Below are positions 1 to 9,320 of a stretch of 60,465 nt of DNA, piece by piece. A model generated the notes under the pieces. It was not told where the DNA came from, ran no database searches, and was given only the letters and a program-made list of their open reading frames with translations. The stretch lies in contig JBAYOB010000002.1 in the NCBI GenBank assembly GCA_041678505.1, positions 1-60,465 on the forward strand, in the 5' to 3' direction. The position numbers and the translations under genes are program-made. Origin of the DNA: Candidatus Dojkabacteria bacterium. Its GTDB lineage: Bacteria > Patescibacteriota > Dojkabacteria > SC72. The stretch's first letter is position 1, and each line of letters opens with the position of its first letter.

Positions 1-506
1 GCTATTTCCTTTAACAATCCATATATCTCCTCTTCTGTTTGCTGTTTAAATACAAAAACTTTTGCTCTTGAAAGTAAAGGAGAGTTGATACTAAAAGAAG
101 GATTCTCTGTAGTAGCCCCTATCAGAGTTATTATTCCTTTCTCGACATATGGTAAAAGGGCATCCTGTTGTGCTTTGTTCCATCTATGTATTTCATCTAA
201 AAAAAGTATTGTTTTTTTGCCGTACTGCTGATTAGAAGTAGCTATCTTTATTATTTCTTTAAGATCATTCTTTCCACTTGTAACTGCCTGTAGTTTGTAG
301 AAGTCATAGTAGAGATCTAATGATATGATATGTGCAAGGGTAGTTTTTCCTGTACCTGGAGGTCCCCAAAATATCATAGAAGGTATTTTCCCAGTGTCTA
401 GAAACTTTTTAATAGGTCCGTTTTCTCCTACAAGATGTTTCTGTCCTACAAAGTCTTGTAAATTCTTAGGTCTATATTTTGATGCAAGTGGTTCATAATT
501 ACTCAT
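1..506 (-). CDS. rarA: Replication-associated recombination protein A (AAA+ ATPase RarA/MgsA), N-terminal part; runs off the window start
   Basis: Own translation of the minus strand from the ATG at 506: MSNYEPLASKYRPKNLQDFVGQKHLVGENGPIKKF...IFWGPPGTGKTTLAHII (Walker A)...LFLDEIHRWNKAQQDALLPYVE (Walker B/sensor). Absent from the ORF track because it has no stop inside the window. Confidence 0.85.
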   Translation of the reverse strand, partial: MSNYEPLASKYRPKNLQDFVGQKHLVGENGPIKKFLDTGKIPSMIFWGPPGTGKTTLAHIISLDLYYDFYKLQAVTSGKNDLKEIIKIATSNQQYGKKTILFLDEIHRWNKAQQDALLPYVEKGIITLIGATTENPSFSINSPLLSRAKVFVFKQQTEEEIYGLLKEI

Positions 507-536
507 ATATCATTATATCTGTTTTTCAAGAGAGTT

Positions 537-545
537 TGGTATAAT
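537..545 (+). promoter_or_regulatory. Extended -10 box (TGgTATAAT) upstream of ORF 565..999
   Basis: tttGGTATAAT at 537-545, followed by AGAAGGA (SD-like) 6 nt before the ATG at 565. Such matches arise easily in AT-rich DNA. Confidence 0.3.
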
Positions 546-564
546 AAAAATAGAAGGACTACAT

Positions 565-999
565 ATGAACAGAATTCTTTTAGAAAGAGATGATATATAT
601 AAAAAAGAAACAGAGCTTTCCTCTTCCGAACGTGATATGCATATGTTTGAATTAGTAAATGCTCTTGTTACTTGTGTAGATGAAAATGTCGGCTGTGAAG
701 ATAATCCTTTTGAAATATATTTCATTCCCAGAGAGAGAAGTGAAAAACAGAGGAGTTTGATTTTTTCAAAAGAGAAGAACACATACAGTATTGGTTTAGA
801 GCATGACTTTTACATGGAGTATCTTGTTTTTCAAGAAAGATTAGAATTTCAAACAGTAAGTGTATGTATTTGCAAAGAGAAAAATAGTAATCTACAGAAA
901 ATTACTCATAGCTACACCTCAAACCCTGAAATAGTATTTAACAGAACGTTGGAAATTTTTTCTATACTTTGTAAATATACAGACTCTCTCCATTGCTAA
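565..999 (+). CDS. Hypothetical protein (144 aa)
   Basis: ORF with a plausible -10 and SD; no recognisable motifs. Its 3' end overlaps the convergent methyltransferase gene by 38 nt. Confidence 0.4.
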   Translation: MNRILLERDDIYKKETELSSSERDMHMFELVNALVTCVDENVGCEDNPFEIYFIPRERSEKQRSLIFSKEKNTYSIGLEHDFYMEYLVFQERLEFQTVSVCICKEKNSNLQKITHSYTSNPEIVFNRTLEIFSILCKYTDSLHC

Positions 1000-1498
1000 G
1001 TATCACTCTCTTTTCATTTTTAAGTTTCTCTACTGCATATCTGTAGGAATATACCTCTCCTTTTTTCCCAATAAAGTTTTTTAACTTAGGCTGTAAGATA
1101 TTTGTACTTTCTTTATCTAAGTAACAATATATTTTTGAAAAATCCTTTAACTCTGCCTTGAAAAGATCTTTTGCTTCAAAGTTGAAATCTTTGCTTAAGG
1201 GAAAATGTAAAATTCTTTTTGTCTTAGCAACTATTAACATAATGGGAGAAATATCATAACCTGTACATTTACATTTACTAACTCTGTGTGCTTCTAGAAG
1301 TATTCTGCCATCACCACTACCCAGGTCTGCAATGTGGTCTCCTCCTTTAAGGTTCATCATATCTATAATCTCAGAAAGCACATCTTTAGGTGTTCTAAAA
1401 AGAGGAACAAGAAGTAAATTTATTAAAAGAGTGAGCACAAACGAAGCGATTAGAAGAACTACTATCATCACTATCCCTAAAGTTATTCCGTTTAACAT
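962..1498 (-). CDS. Class I SAM-dependent methyltransferase with an N-terminal TM helix
   Basis: Motif I DLGSGDGRILLEA and a hydrophobic N-terminus (GITLGIVMIVVLLIASFVLTLLINLLLV). Confidence 0.6.
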   Translation of the reverse strand: MLNGITLGIVMIVVLLIASFVLTLLINLLLVPLFRTPKDVLSEIIDMMNLKGGDHIADLGSGDGRILLEAHRVSKCKCTGYDISPIMLIVAKTKRILHFPLSKDFNFEAKDLFKAELKDFSKIYCYLDKESTNILQPKLKNFIGKKGEVYSYRYAVEKLKNEKRVILSNGESLYIYKV

Positions 1499-1536
1499 AA
1501 TGTATAATGGTTTTAAATATATTGTATGTATGATAA

Positions 1537-2223
1537 ATGATAGAGGGAATTTTGTTAATAGACAAGGAAGAAGGTATTACATCGTATGATGTAATACGGA
1601 AATTAAAGAGAGTACTTCCAAAGGGACAAAAAATTGGTCATGCAGGGACATTAGATCCTTTTGCAACAGGATTGTTAATTATTCTCCTGGGGAAAAGTAC
1701 TAAATTGATGAATAACTTTCTGGAATTAAGAAAAGAATATGAAGTTAGGGTAGAATTTGGATATTCTACAGATACACAAGATATTACAGGAAGAAAAACT
1801 AATATATCTAAAGATTTTAAAAAAATATCAAAAGAAAAGATAGAGAGGATGATTGGAGAGAGATTTTTAGGCAGAATTTTACAACTTCCGCCTCAATACT
1901 CTGCAAAGAAAGTAAAAGGTAAGAAGGCATATGAATATGCAAGAGAGGGAGAAAAAGTAGATTTAAAACCAAAAGAGATAGAGATATATGAGTTTGACAT
2001 AATAAATTATGACTGGCCTGTTGTAGATTTTAATGTCATGTGTTCTAGTGGTACCTATGTAAGAACTTTGGCTAATGATTTAGGTCTAAATCTAGAAACT
2101 TTTGCAACTCCCATTAAGTTAAGGAGAATCAGAATTGGAGAGTTTAATGTCAGTGATTCTCTTAGTTCTGCTGATATTGTAAAGGGAGTTAAATTTAATT
2201 TTTTACAATGGGAAAATGATTAA
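1537..2223 (+). CDS. truB: tRNA pseudouridine(55) synthase TruB
   Basis: GILLIDKEEGITSYDV...GHAGTLDPFATGLLIILLG catalytic Asp motif and QLPPQYSAKKVKGKKAYEYAR. Confidence 0.9.
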   Translation: MIEGILLIDKEEGITSYDVIRKLKRVLPKGQKIGHAGTLDPFATGLLIILLGKSTKLMNNFLELRKEYEVRVEFGYSTDTQDITGRKTNISKDFKKISKEKIERMIGERFLGRILQLPPQYSAKKVKGKKAYEYAREGEKVDLKPKEIEIYEFDIINYDWPVVDFNVMCSSGTYVRTLANDLGLNLETFATPIKLRRIRIGEFNVSDSLSSADIVKGVKFNFLQWEND

Positions 2224-2911
2224 GGGAAAACTGTATGTAATAGCTACCCCTATTGGTAATTTAGCTGATATAACATTTAGGGCTGTAAGTGTACTAAAGA
2301 AAGTTCCTTTTGTTCTTGCAGAGGATACTAGAGAGAGCAAAAAACTTTTAGATAAGTATGAGATTGGCGGAAAGTTAATTTCATACAGAGATCAAAATCA
2401 TAGTAAGGTGATAGAGAAAATTTTAGAGAAATTAGACATGGGTTTAGACTTAGCATTAATATCTGATTCAGGGACACCCTTAATCTCTGATCCAGGATAC
2501 AGACTTGTAAAAGAGCTTAGAGAGAAGGGGTATGAAGTTATTTCTATCCCTGGTCCTTGTGCGCTAACATCAGCTCTTTCAGTTAGTGGTCTCCCAACAG
2601 ATAGGTTTGTATTTCTAGGTTTTCTCCCCAAAAGTGAAAGTAAGAGGAAAAAGATTATTGGTGAATACAAGCAGCTGCACAACAGTATTATAATTTATGA
2701 ATCTCCTAATAGATTATTAAAACTTCTTAATTTACTAAAAGAAGAGCTAGGAGAAGAAATCACACTGTCTCTTTCTAAGGATATATCTAAATTAAGAGAG
2801 AGATATTTTTTTGGGAAACTTCCTGAGATAGTAGAACTCTTAAAGGAGGAGGGTTTTGAAGATAATCCTCATGGAGAATTTGTATGTGTTGTGTATCCAA
2901 AGGAGGTTTGA
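2216..2911 (+). CDS. rsmI: 16S rRNA (cytidine1402-2'-O)-methyltransferase RsmI
   Basis: LYVIATPIGNLADITFRAV...LAEDTR...SDSGTPLISDPGYRLV, typical of the tetrapyrrole-methylase-fold RsmI; ends at TGA. Confidence 0.85.
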   Translation: MIKGKLYVIATPIGNLADITFRAVSVLKKVPFVLAEDTRESKKLLDKYEIGGKLISYRDQNHSKVIEKILEKLDMGLDLALISDSGTPLISDPGYRLVKELREKGYEVISIPGPCALTSALSVSGLPTDRFVFLGFLPKSESKRKKIIGEYKQLHNSIIIYESPNRLLKLLNLLKEELGEEITLSLSKDISKLRERYFFGKLPEIVELLKEEGFEDNPHGEFVCVVYPKEV

Positions 2912-3796
2912 TTATTTTTCTTTTAAGAAGACTCTTTCATAGTTCTCATCTGTAATCTTCTCTAATTTCTCAATATCGACCTCTTTAACCTCTGCTGCTA
3001 CCTCCATTATTTCTCTTACGTGCATGGGTTGTGCGTATTTTTCTTTAATCTTTTTGTTTTTTCTCAGAGATTGAGGAGGAAGAAAAGGACCGTCTGTTTC
3101 AAAAAGGATTCTTTCAAGAGGTGTTCTTTTTAGTATCTGTCTTACATCACTCCCACTTTTGTATGTGATGATTGCATTAAATCCTATGCAGAAACCTAAG
3201 TTTAATATGTCATCCATATATGATATATTTCCAGTATAGCTATGAAAGCATCCTTTTATCAATCCTTTTCCTTCCTGTGCTACTATTTCTAATACATCTT
3301 GAATACATCTTTGTTCTTCATTGATGTCTCTAGCGTGAATACTTAGTGCTAAGTCATGTTTTTGAGCTAGCTTAATATGTTTTTTAAACGATACTCTTTG
3401 TATCTCCTCTATTTCTTCTACTATTTCCCTATCTAGCTGTTTATCCATATTTATCTGATAGTAGTCAAGTCCTGTCTCCCCTATTGCAGTGATATCATTA
3501 ATATTTTTCTCTACAATATCTATATACTTCTCAATATTCTTGATACTTTTATCATAAATATTTTTATATATATTCTTGTGTATTGTAGTTTCCTGAAAGA
3601 ATGTAGGATGGAGTCCTAATGCACACTGTACTACATTAAAGTATCGTTTAGAGATATCTAATGTGTCGTGGAAATCAAGCATATCTGTACCCTGTGTTAA
3701 AATATATTTACCTCCAGCTGCAATAAAGTTATTAATAACTTCATCAATATTTGATTTTAATGGTTCCATACATAGATGTATGTGAGAATCATGCAT
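2912..3796 (-). CDS. tatD: TatD-family metal-dependent hydrolase/DNase
   Basis: N-terminal HDSHIHL, GETGLDYY, SIHARD and FETDGPFL motifs. Confidence 0.8.
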   Translation of the reverse strand: MHDSHIHLCMEPLKSNIDEVINNFIAAGGKYILTQGTDMLDFHDTLDISKRYFNVVQCALGLHPTFFQETTIHKNIYKNIYDKSIKNIEKYIDIVEKNINDITAIGETGLDYYQINMDKQLDREIVEEIEEIQRVSFKKHIKLAQKHDLALSIHARDINEEQRCIQDVLEIVAQEGKGLIKGCFHSYTGNISYMDDILNLGFCIGFNAIITYKSGSDVRQILKRTPLERILFETDGPFLPPQSLRKNKKIKEKYAQPMHVREIMEVAAEVKEVDIEKLEKITDENYERVFLKEK

Positions 3797-3826
3797 GGTA
3801 ACAGTTTATCATACTAAGGTAATAAT

Positions 3827-4561
3827 ATGATAAAATTGGAGGAGAAGATGAAAAAAGTAAGGCAGAAAAATTGGTTGTTGATAATAACGGGAATTCTTTT
3901 GATTACTACTGTTTTTGCACTAGTTTTAATCACAAGGAGAAAATTGGGTATAGGAGTATGTTATCACAACAATATTATGTATGAACTAAATCAACAGATA
4001 CCTGAATATGAGAAGGATAAAGATTGCTACTGTTCCTGGAATGGGGAAATTGTTTGTAAGGAAGAAGAGACCTCTGCTCTCTATGAAAACTTTTCTTCGG
4101 AGAATTTAAACTTCTCATACAATTTAAGAAATCTTTTGGAAAGACCTTCTTCTAGTCCTTTTAAGGTTACATTAGAAAATATTAATTATAGAGAGGATAC
4201 CATTGATATTATTTTAGAAAGAGAGACAAATTGTACAGAAGACGGTTTGGTACCAACACAGATAGGGATGTATGAGTGGAGAGATGACTCTGTAATATTA
4301 ACAACAGTTTCAAATTTAGATGAAACTATTTATACTCATAGCTGTGTTGTTATCAATACCTTCTCGCTGATTCCTAAAGATTTTAAAAAGAATATTTCTC
4401 CCACTATCTACTATCAAAATGAAGCTGGACAGCTTTCTAACCTTAACTCTTGTTTTTTTAATGAAAAGTTCTATGCTTCAGGAGATGTGTTTAAAGATAC
4501 AACTGGGGAAAAACTGTGTGTCTGCAAAGACTCTGAAATAGAGTGTGAGAGATTAAAGTAA
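3827..4561 (+). CDS. Hypothetical membrane-anchored Cys-rich protein
   Basis: TM helix WLLIITGILLITTVFALVLI followed by a Cys-rich extracytoplasmic region. GGAGGAG precedes the second Met at 3848, which is the more likely start. Confidence 0.45.
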   Translation: MIKLEEKMKKVRQKNWLLIITGILLITTVFALVLITRRKLGIGVCYHNNIMYELNQQIPEYEKDKDCYCSWNGEIVCKEEETSALYENFSSENLNFSYNLRNLLERPSSSPFKVTLENINYREDTIDIILERETNCTEDGLVPTQIGMYEWRDDSVILTTVSNLDETIYTHSCVVINTFSLIPKDFKKNISPTIYYQNEAGQLSNLNSCFFNEKFYASGDVFKDTTGEKLCVCKDSEIECERLK

Positions 4562-5581
4562 TCCTACATATATACCTAAAATACAGGTTGAAGCTGCAAA
4601 AAGCCAAAATCTCATAGTTACTTTGTATTGCGGCCATCCATTTGCTTGGAAATGATGATGTATGGGAGCTATCTTAAATATTCTTTTTTTGAAGAACTTC
4701 ATGCTAAACATTTGTAAGGCACTTGAAAACATAATTAACCAAGTTATTGAAGACATTAAGAAATATGGGACAAGATTGTCGGTAATTAATGCCATGTAAA
4801 ACATTGTAAAGCCCAAAGGCATTGCTCCTGGGCCACCATTCCAGAATCTTGCTGGAGGAATATTAAAGTAAAGATCTATTATCTGTACACCAAGAATAAT
4901 TGCTAATATTGGTATGTATTCATATTTCCCTTGTATTAGTAAGAGAAATATAAAGGCGATGTTAATGATGGAGAAAATACCTATCATTAAGCCATCTGCC
5001 CCATCAGTTAGTTCTGCTGAATATATTGCAAATTGTCCAATGGTACTAATTATAATTAATAGTAAAGGAGTAATATTTACTGTTAATATATTTAAGAAAG
5101 ATAGTGTAGCAAACTCCCCTGTTTTGTAAAGAAGATACATAACTCCAATATTTAAAAGAATGGAAAATGATAATTTTGCCATTCTCCACTCGAAAGTTTC
5201 TTGAAAAGTTCTAATCTTCTCATTATGTTTAAAACCATTTGTAAATACAGCGACATCTATAAAGCCCCAAAATCCGAAAAGGATAAAACCAATTAAGAAG
5301 ACTTTAATCAGTGGTGTGACTGGTACAAGCAGAAGTACAACTAAAGGAACAATAACCCAAATTAATATACCACCCATATTAGGAGTACCGTTTGTAAGAT
5401 TTGTTTTCATAATCTTCATAAAGAGGGTGTTATCGCCCTTCCCTCCTCCTATTTTGGATTTTTTAATTCCACTTACTTGATTAAATTTATAAAGGATTGA
5501 GATCATAATAGGTGCGAAAATAGCTGATAGAAGAGTAGCTAGAAAGAGAGCTTCTAAACTTTTTTTAAGTACTTCAATCAT
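4553..5581 (-). CDS. mraY: Phospho-N-acetylmuramoyl-pentapeptide transferase MraY
   Basis: GTPNMGGILIW, LTDGADGLMIG and APIHHHFQANGWPQYKVTMRFW motifs; polytopic membrane protein. Confidence 0.85.
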   Translation of the reverse strand: MIEVLKKSLEALFLATLLSAIFAPIMISILYKFNQVSGIKKSKIGGGKGDNTLFMKIMKTNLTNGTPNMGGILIWVIVPLVVLLLVPVTPLIKVFLIGFILFGFWGFIDVAVFTNGFKHNEKIRTFQETFEWRMAKLSFSILLNIGVMYLLYKTGEFATLSFLNILTVNITPLLLIIISTIGQFAIYSAELTDGADGLMIGIFSIINIAFIFLLLIQGKYEYIPILAIILGVQIIDLYFNIPPARFWNGGPGAMPLGFTMFYMALITDNLVPYFLMSSITWLIMFSSALQMFSMKFFKKRIFKIAPIHHHFQANGWPQYKVTMRFWLFAASTCILGIYVGLL

Positions 5582-5615
5582 TTGTTTTACTATTATAATT
5601 AATTTATAGATTATC

Positions 5616-7433
5616 TCAGTTTTGTCTCTTTATTTCCATATCATCAGCAATACTAAAGAATATGTCCCTCCATACAGGTACCGTAGTTATACTAGCAAAA
5701 GAATTGTTTTTAGGCTCCTGTAATTTAACAAGCATTATCATTTTAGGATCGCTTGCCGGTGCAAATCCTATCACAGTATCATTAGTGTATCTTTCTTGGT
5801 ATCCTCCTTCCTCTGCAGGTATTTGAGCAGTCCCTGTTTTTGCAACAACACCGTATGCTTTTAGTTCGTTCCCATAATATCCTAGAGAATCATTTTGGAC
5901 AGAGCGAGTCAATAATTCTTTGATAGTGTCAGCTGTCTCTTCAGAAGCAGTTCTTCTAAGAACTTGAGGCTCAATCTTTATAGTTTCTCTTTCGTCCTTT
6001 ATCTCTGAGATGATATACGGTCTCATCCTTACCCCTTTGTTTGCAAAAGTACTAAATGCTGATATTAGCTGTAATGGAGTTGCAGAGATAACCTGTCCGT
6101 ATGATGCGGTTATTGTATCTAGCTTAGTCCAGTATTTTTTGGGCATAAGATAGCTGGTTCCTTCTTCTTGTAAACCTATGCCTATAAATTCTCCAATACC
6201 ATAATCCTGAAGTGCTGAGTAAAACTCATCAAATTCTATAGCTAAGCCTATCCTAGCCGCACAAGGATTATTCGAGTGTTTGAATATATCTGATAGATCT
6301 AATAAACCTGCAGCACGTTTGTTCCAAGTGTAAATCCTCTGTCCTTTTAAATCGGGATAACCTGTAACTTCAAAGAGATCAAGATATCCAGTGGGGTCAT
6401 CACATGTGTAATCCTTATCTATCGCTCCACTTTCAAGTGCAATTGCAACAGTAATAGGTTTCTGCACAGAACCGTATTCATAAACATCGGATACAGCTCT
6501 GTTTTTCAATACCCAAGGCTCTGAAACTCTCCAATACTCATTAGGATTGTATGAAGGATAATTAGCCATTGCTAAAATAGCACCTGTTTTAGGATCCATC
6601 ACTATTACACTTCCACTCTTTGCTCTACTCTCTTTTACTTTTTCTTCAAGGATGGTTTCAACTTTGTTCTGAATATTAGGAATGATAGTTAATTTAAAGT
6701 CCTTTCCTTCTCTAGGTAAAATAGGTTCGTACTCTGCTGTCAGTATTACATTCCCTGAAGAATCTCTTTCTTCATAGGAATATCCCTGTCTGCCAGTAAT
6801 GTCTCCGTAATAGTAGCCCTGTATACCGTATTGACCAACTAATTCTCCATCCTCATTTTTGCCTATGAAGCCTAAAACATGTGAAGCAAGATGGTTATTC
6901 GGATATGTTCTCTTCTCATCATTTTCAAAATATAATCCAAAACCTTGAGTTCCTGCTCCAAATATTTCTAATTCTTCTAAAGCCTTTTTCTTCTCAGTAG
7001 AAACTCCTTTCATCAGGGGAGCATAAACGAAATCTTCAGTCAGTTTCTCCTCTATTTCTATCTGTTCCATATTTAATATAGAAGCAACCTCTGCTATAAA
7101 TCTTTCCTTTTCAGAGAAGAATAACTCTCTTTCCTTTTCATTTGTACTTAATGTTGCATATATATTCCAAACAGGTTCATCTACAGCAAGTACGGTATTA
7201 TCGGCAGCGGTAATTATTCCTCTTGTAGCAACCTGTATTCTGCTTGTCCTGTATTGGTCTTGTGCCATATTTTGAAATTTGTCTGCAAATATGATTTGCC
7301 ATCTAAATATTTGGAATATTAAAATGGCTGCAAACAGAGTAATTGCATAACCAATAATTTTGGAATTAAAAGGATTTGAAGATGTTTTCTTTTTTCTTTT
7401 TTGTGATGAGAAAAGAGTATTAAGATTGGACAT
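5616..7433 (-). CDS. ftsI: Penicillin-binding protein 2B/FtsI-type transpeptidase
   Basis: N-terminal TM anchor; SxxK (GSVQKP), SxN (HSNNP) and KTG (AKTGTA) motifs; lies in the dcw cluster between ftsL and mraY. Confidence 0.8.
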   Translation of the reverse strand: MSNLNTLFSSQKRKKKTSSNPFNSKIIGYAITLFAAILIFQIFRWQIIFADKFQNMAQDQYRTSRIQVATRGIITAADNTVLAVDEPVWNIYATLSTNEKERELFFSEKERFIAEVASILNMEQIEIEEKLTEDFVYAPLMKGVSTEKKKALEELEIFGAGTQGFGLYFENDEKRTYPNNHLASHVLGFIGKNEDGELVGQYGIQGYYYGDITGRQGYSYEERDSSGNVILTAEYEPILPREGKDFKLTIIPNIQNKVETILEEKVKESRAKSGSVIVMDPKTGAILAMANYPSYNPNEYWRVSEPWVLKNRAVSDVYEYGSVQKPITVAIALESGAIDKDYTCDDPTGYLDLFEVTGYPDLKGQRIYTWNKRAAGLLDLSDIFKHSNNPCAARIGLAIEFDEFYSALQDYGIGEFIGIGLQEEGTSYLMPKKYWTKLDTITASYGQVISATPLQLISAFSTFANKGVRMRPYIISEIKDERETIKIEPQVLRRTASEETADTIKELLTRSVQNDSLGYYGNELKAYGVVAKTGTAQIPAEEGGYQERYTNDTVIGFAPASDPKMIMLVKLQEPKNNSFASITTVPVWRDIFFSIADDMEIKRQN

Positions 7434-7435
7434 TA

Positions 7436-7738
7436 CTATCTTTCTGCTATGATACTACTATCTTCAATATATATGACAGTTTTTTCACTTGAGGAAGAAA
7501 TATTTAACTCCTTGTTTGCTAATTGTTTAATAACATGGATAGAGCCTGTTTTTGCAACTTGCTCTTCCATTAATCTGTTTTCTTCAATAAGGTAGTTTTT
7601 TTCACTATTTAAAGATTGTAACTGTATCCCTAAAGGACTAAGAATAGAATTAATCACCAATTGTGAAAGTATAAAAGTAAGCAAAGAAAAGAGGAATACT
7701 GTTAAAGCCATGTTTTGTTTTCTGTTATTTTCTCTCAT
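7436..7738 (-). CDS. ftsL: FtsL-like cell division protein (small bitopic coiled-coil protein)
   Basis: 100 aa with one TM helix followed by a coiled-coil-like segment; sits in the canonical position between rsmH and ftsI. Confidence 0.45.
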   Translation of the reverse strand: MRENNRKQNMALTVFLFSLLTFILSQLVINSILSPLGIQLQSLNSEKNYLIEENRLMEEQVAKTGSIHVIKQLANKELNISSSSEKTVIYIEDSSIIAER

Positions 7739-8636
7739 CTAATTGTTGTTTTTTAATAATAGTTCTTAACTTAGCGGAAGCGGATCTAGGGTTCTGCTTT
7801 TTTTCGTCGTCGGTTGGGGCAATATGACTTTTAAAAAGTATTTCCCCTTCTCCGCTTCCCTGTTTTTCTAAAAAATAGTTTTTAACGATGCGATCTTCAA
7901 GAGAATGAAAAGAGATTACAGATATTCTTCCATTTTCTTTTAAGATCTCAAACGACTCATCTAGAGCAATTTTCAAGCTGTTTAACTCATCATTTACCAC
8001 GATTCGCAGGGCCTGAAAGACCCTGCGAGAAGGGTTCTTGTTTGAGTTAACAGCCGGCATTACTTTGTAAATAAGCCGTGTAAGATCTCCTACTGTATTG
8101 ATATTAGAGATGTTTTCTTTAATATGTTTTGCTATTAAATTAGAATATCTTTCTTCTCCGTATTTATTGAAAATAAATGTTAATTCTTTTACTGAGAGGG
8201 CATTTAACAAATCTTTTGCTGTAACATTTAATTCACTGTCCATTCTCATATCTAAAGGTTCTTCTTCTTGCATATAACTAAAGCCTCGTTCTTTTGATTC
8301 TTCTATCTGTCTTGAAGAAATACCTAAATCAATTAATATGCCATTAGGTTTTCTGTTAATTTCTTTTACTAGTTCACGGATATTTCTAAAATTACCCTTT
8401 TTGATAATCCAGTTTTTTCTTTTAAGAAGATAATCTTTGTAATATTCCTCTACAAACTCAATAGCATTTAAGTCACAATCGATACTAAGGAGAGTTCCTG
8501 TATCTGAAAGTTTTTGTATGACTTCAAAACTGTGTCCTCCATCACCCAATGTACAATCTATGTAGAAACCGTTAGGTTTGATATTTAAGGAATCAATAGT
8601 CTGAGATAGTAGTACTGGAATATGAATCTTATTCAT
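7725..8636 (-). CDS. rsmH: 16S rRNA (cytosine1402-N4)-methyltransferase RsmH
   Basis: HIPVLL...YIDCTLGDGGHS...DLGISSRQI...RRVFQALRIVVNDEL...ISFHSLEDRIVK. Confidence 0.9.
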   Translation of the reverse strand: MNKIHIPVLLSQTIDSLNIKPNGFYIDCTLGDGGHSFEVIQKLSDTGTLLSIDCDLNAIEFVEEYYKDYLLKRKNWIIKKGNFRNIRELVKEINRKPNGILIDLGISSRQIEESKERGFSYMQEEEPLDMRMDSELNVTAKDLLNALSVKELTFIFNKYGEERYSNLIAKHIKENISNINTVGDLTRLIYKVMPAVNSNKNPSRRVFQALRIVVNDELNSLKIALDESFEILKENGRISVISFHSLEDRIVKNYFLEKQGSGEGEILFKSHIAPTDDEKKQNPRSASAKLRTIIKKQQLDERK

Positions 8637-9072
8637 TCTTACTGTTTTTCATTTTATCAATCTCCTGTGCAATCTCTTCACCGTGCTCTTGTAAATACTG
8701 TACTCTCTCTTGCCATCTATCTTTATCCCAGATCTCTACCCAATTTATTAATCCTATGAATACAATATCTTTTTTAATGTTTGCATATTCTAAAAGAGTA
8801 TCTGCTATAACAAATCTTCCCTGATCATCAAGATTTATTTCTTTAGCACCTCCAACTAAAAATCTACTTGTATCTCTAATATCTTTATTTATAAAAGAGC
8901 CATCTATTACTTCTGTTGCTACTTTTCTCCACAATTTCTCGTTTACAATTATCAACGCATTTTCATAACCTCTTGTTAGAATTAAGTTTTCACCTAACTC
9001 ATCTCTAAATTTTTTAGGAAGTGATACTCTTTTCTTCTCTCCTACTCTACTTTTATATTCTCCTATTAACAT
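8629..9072 (-). CDS. mraZ: Transcriptional regulator MraZ
   Basis: Two DxxxR-type repeats (GEKKRVSLPKKFRDEL and DDQGRFVIADTLLEYA); first gene of the dcw operon. Confidence 0.85.
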   Translation of the reverse strand: MLIGEYKSRVGEKKRVSLPKKFRDELGENLILTRGYENALIIVNEKLWRKVATEVIDGSFINKDIRDTSRFLVGGAKEINLDDQGRFVIADTLLEYANIKKDIVFIGLINWVEIWDKDRWQERVQYLQEHGEEIAQEIDKMKNSKNE

Positions 9073-9092
9073 GTTTTTAATATATCATCTTT

Positions 9093-9120
9093 CACCACTT
9101 TTTACCACTTCTTGCCACCA
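9093..9120 (-). promoter_or_regulatory. Candidate MraZ operator: three GTGG boxes at exact 10-bp spacing
   Basis: The minus strand reads GTGGCAAGAA GTGGTAAAAA GTGGTGAAAG. On the plus strand, CCAC lies at 9095-98, 9105-08 and 9115-18. The boxes sit 20-50 nt upstream of the mraZ ATG at 9072. Confidence 0.55.
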
Positions 9121-9320
9121 ATTTAGCATTGCTACTGTTAAGTGTCAAGTAAGAATTATTATGGGATTAAATATACTTATCTAGGATATGTAATTATGTG
9201 GCTTTAATAGTAGATTGTATTTTTTAGAGAAATATTTTTTGTTGCCGATAGCTAAAATTATTGAAACTATTTTAAATAGATAATATGTTAAAAAACAAAT
9301 AAAAATGGTAATATAAAGAT

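Noticed and set aside
513-782. 89-aa minus-strand ORF overlapping ORF 565..999
   Set aside because: It lies antisense to an ORF that has a -10 box and an SD, has no translation signals of its own and has a low-complexity Ser/Phe-rich sequence.
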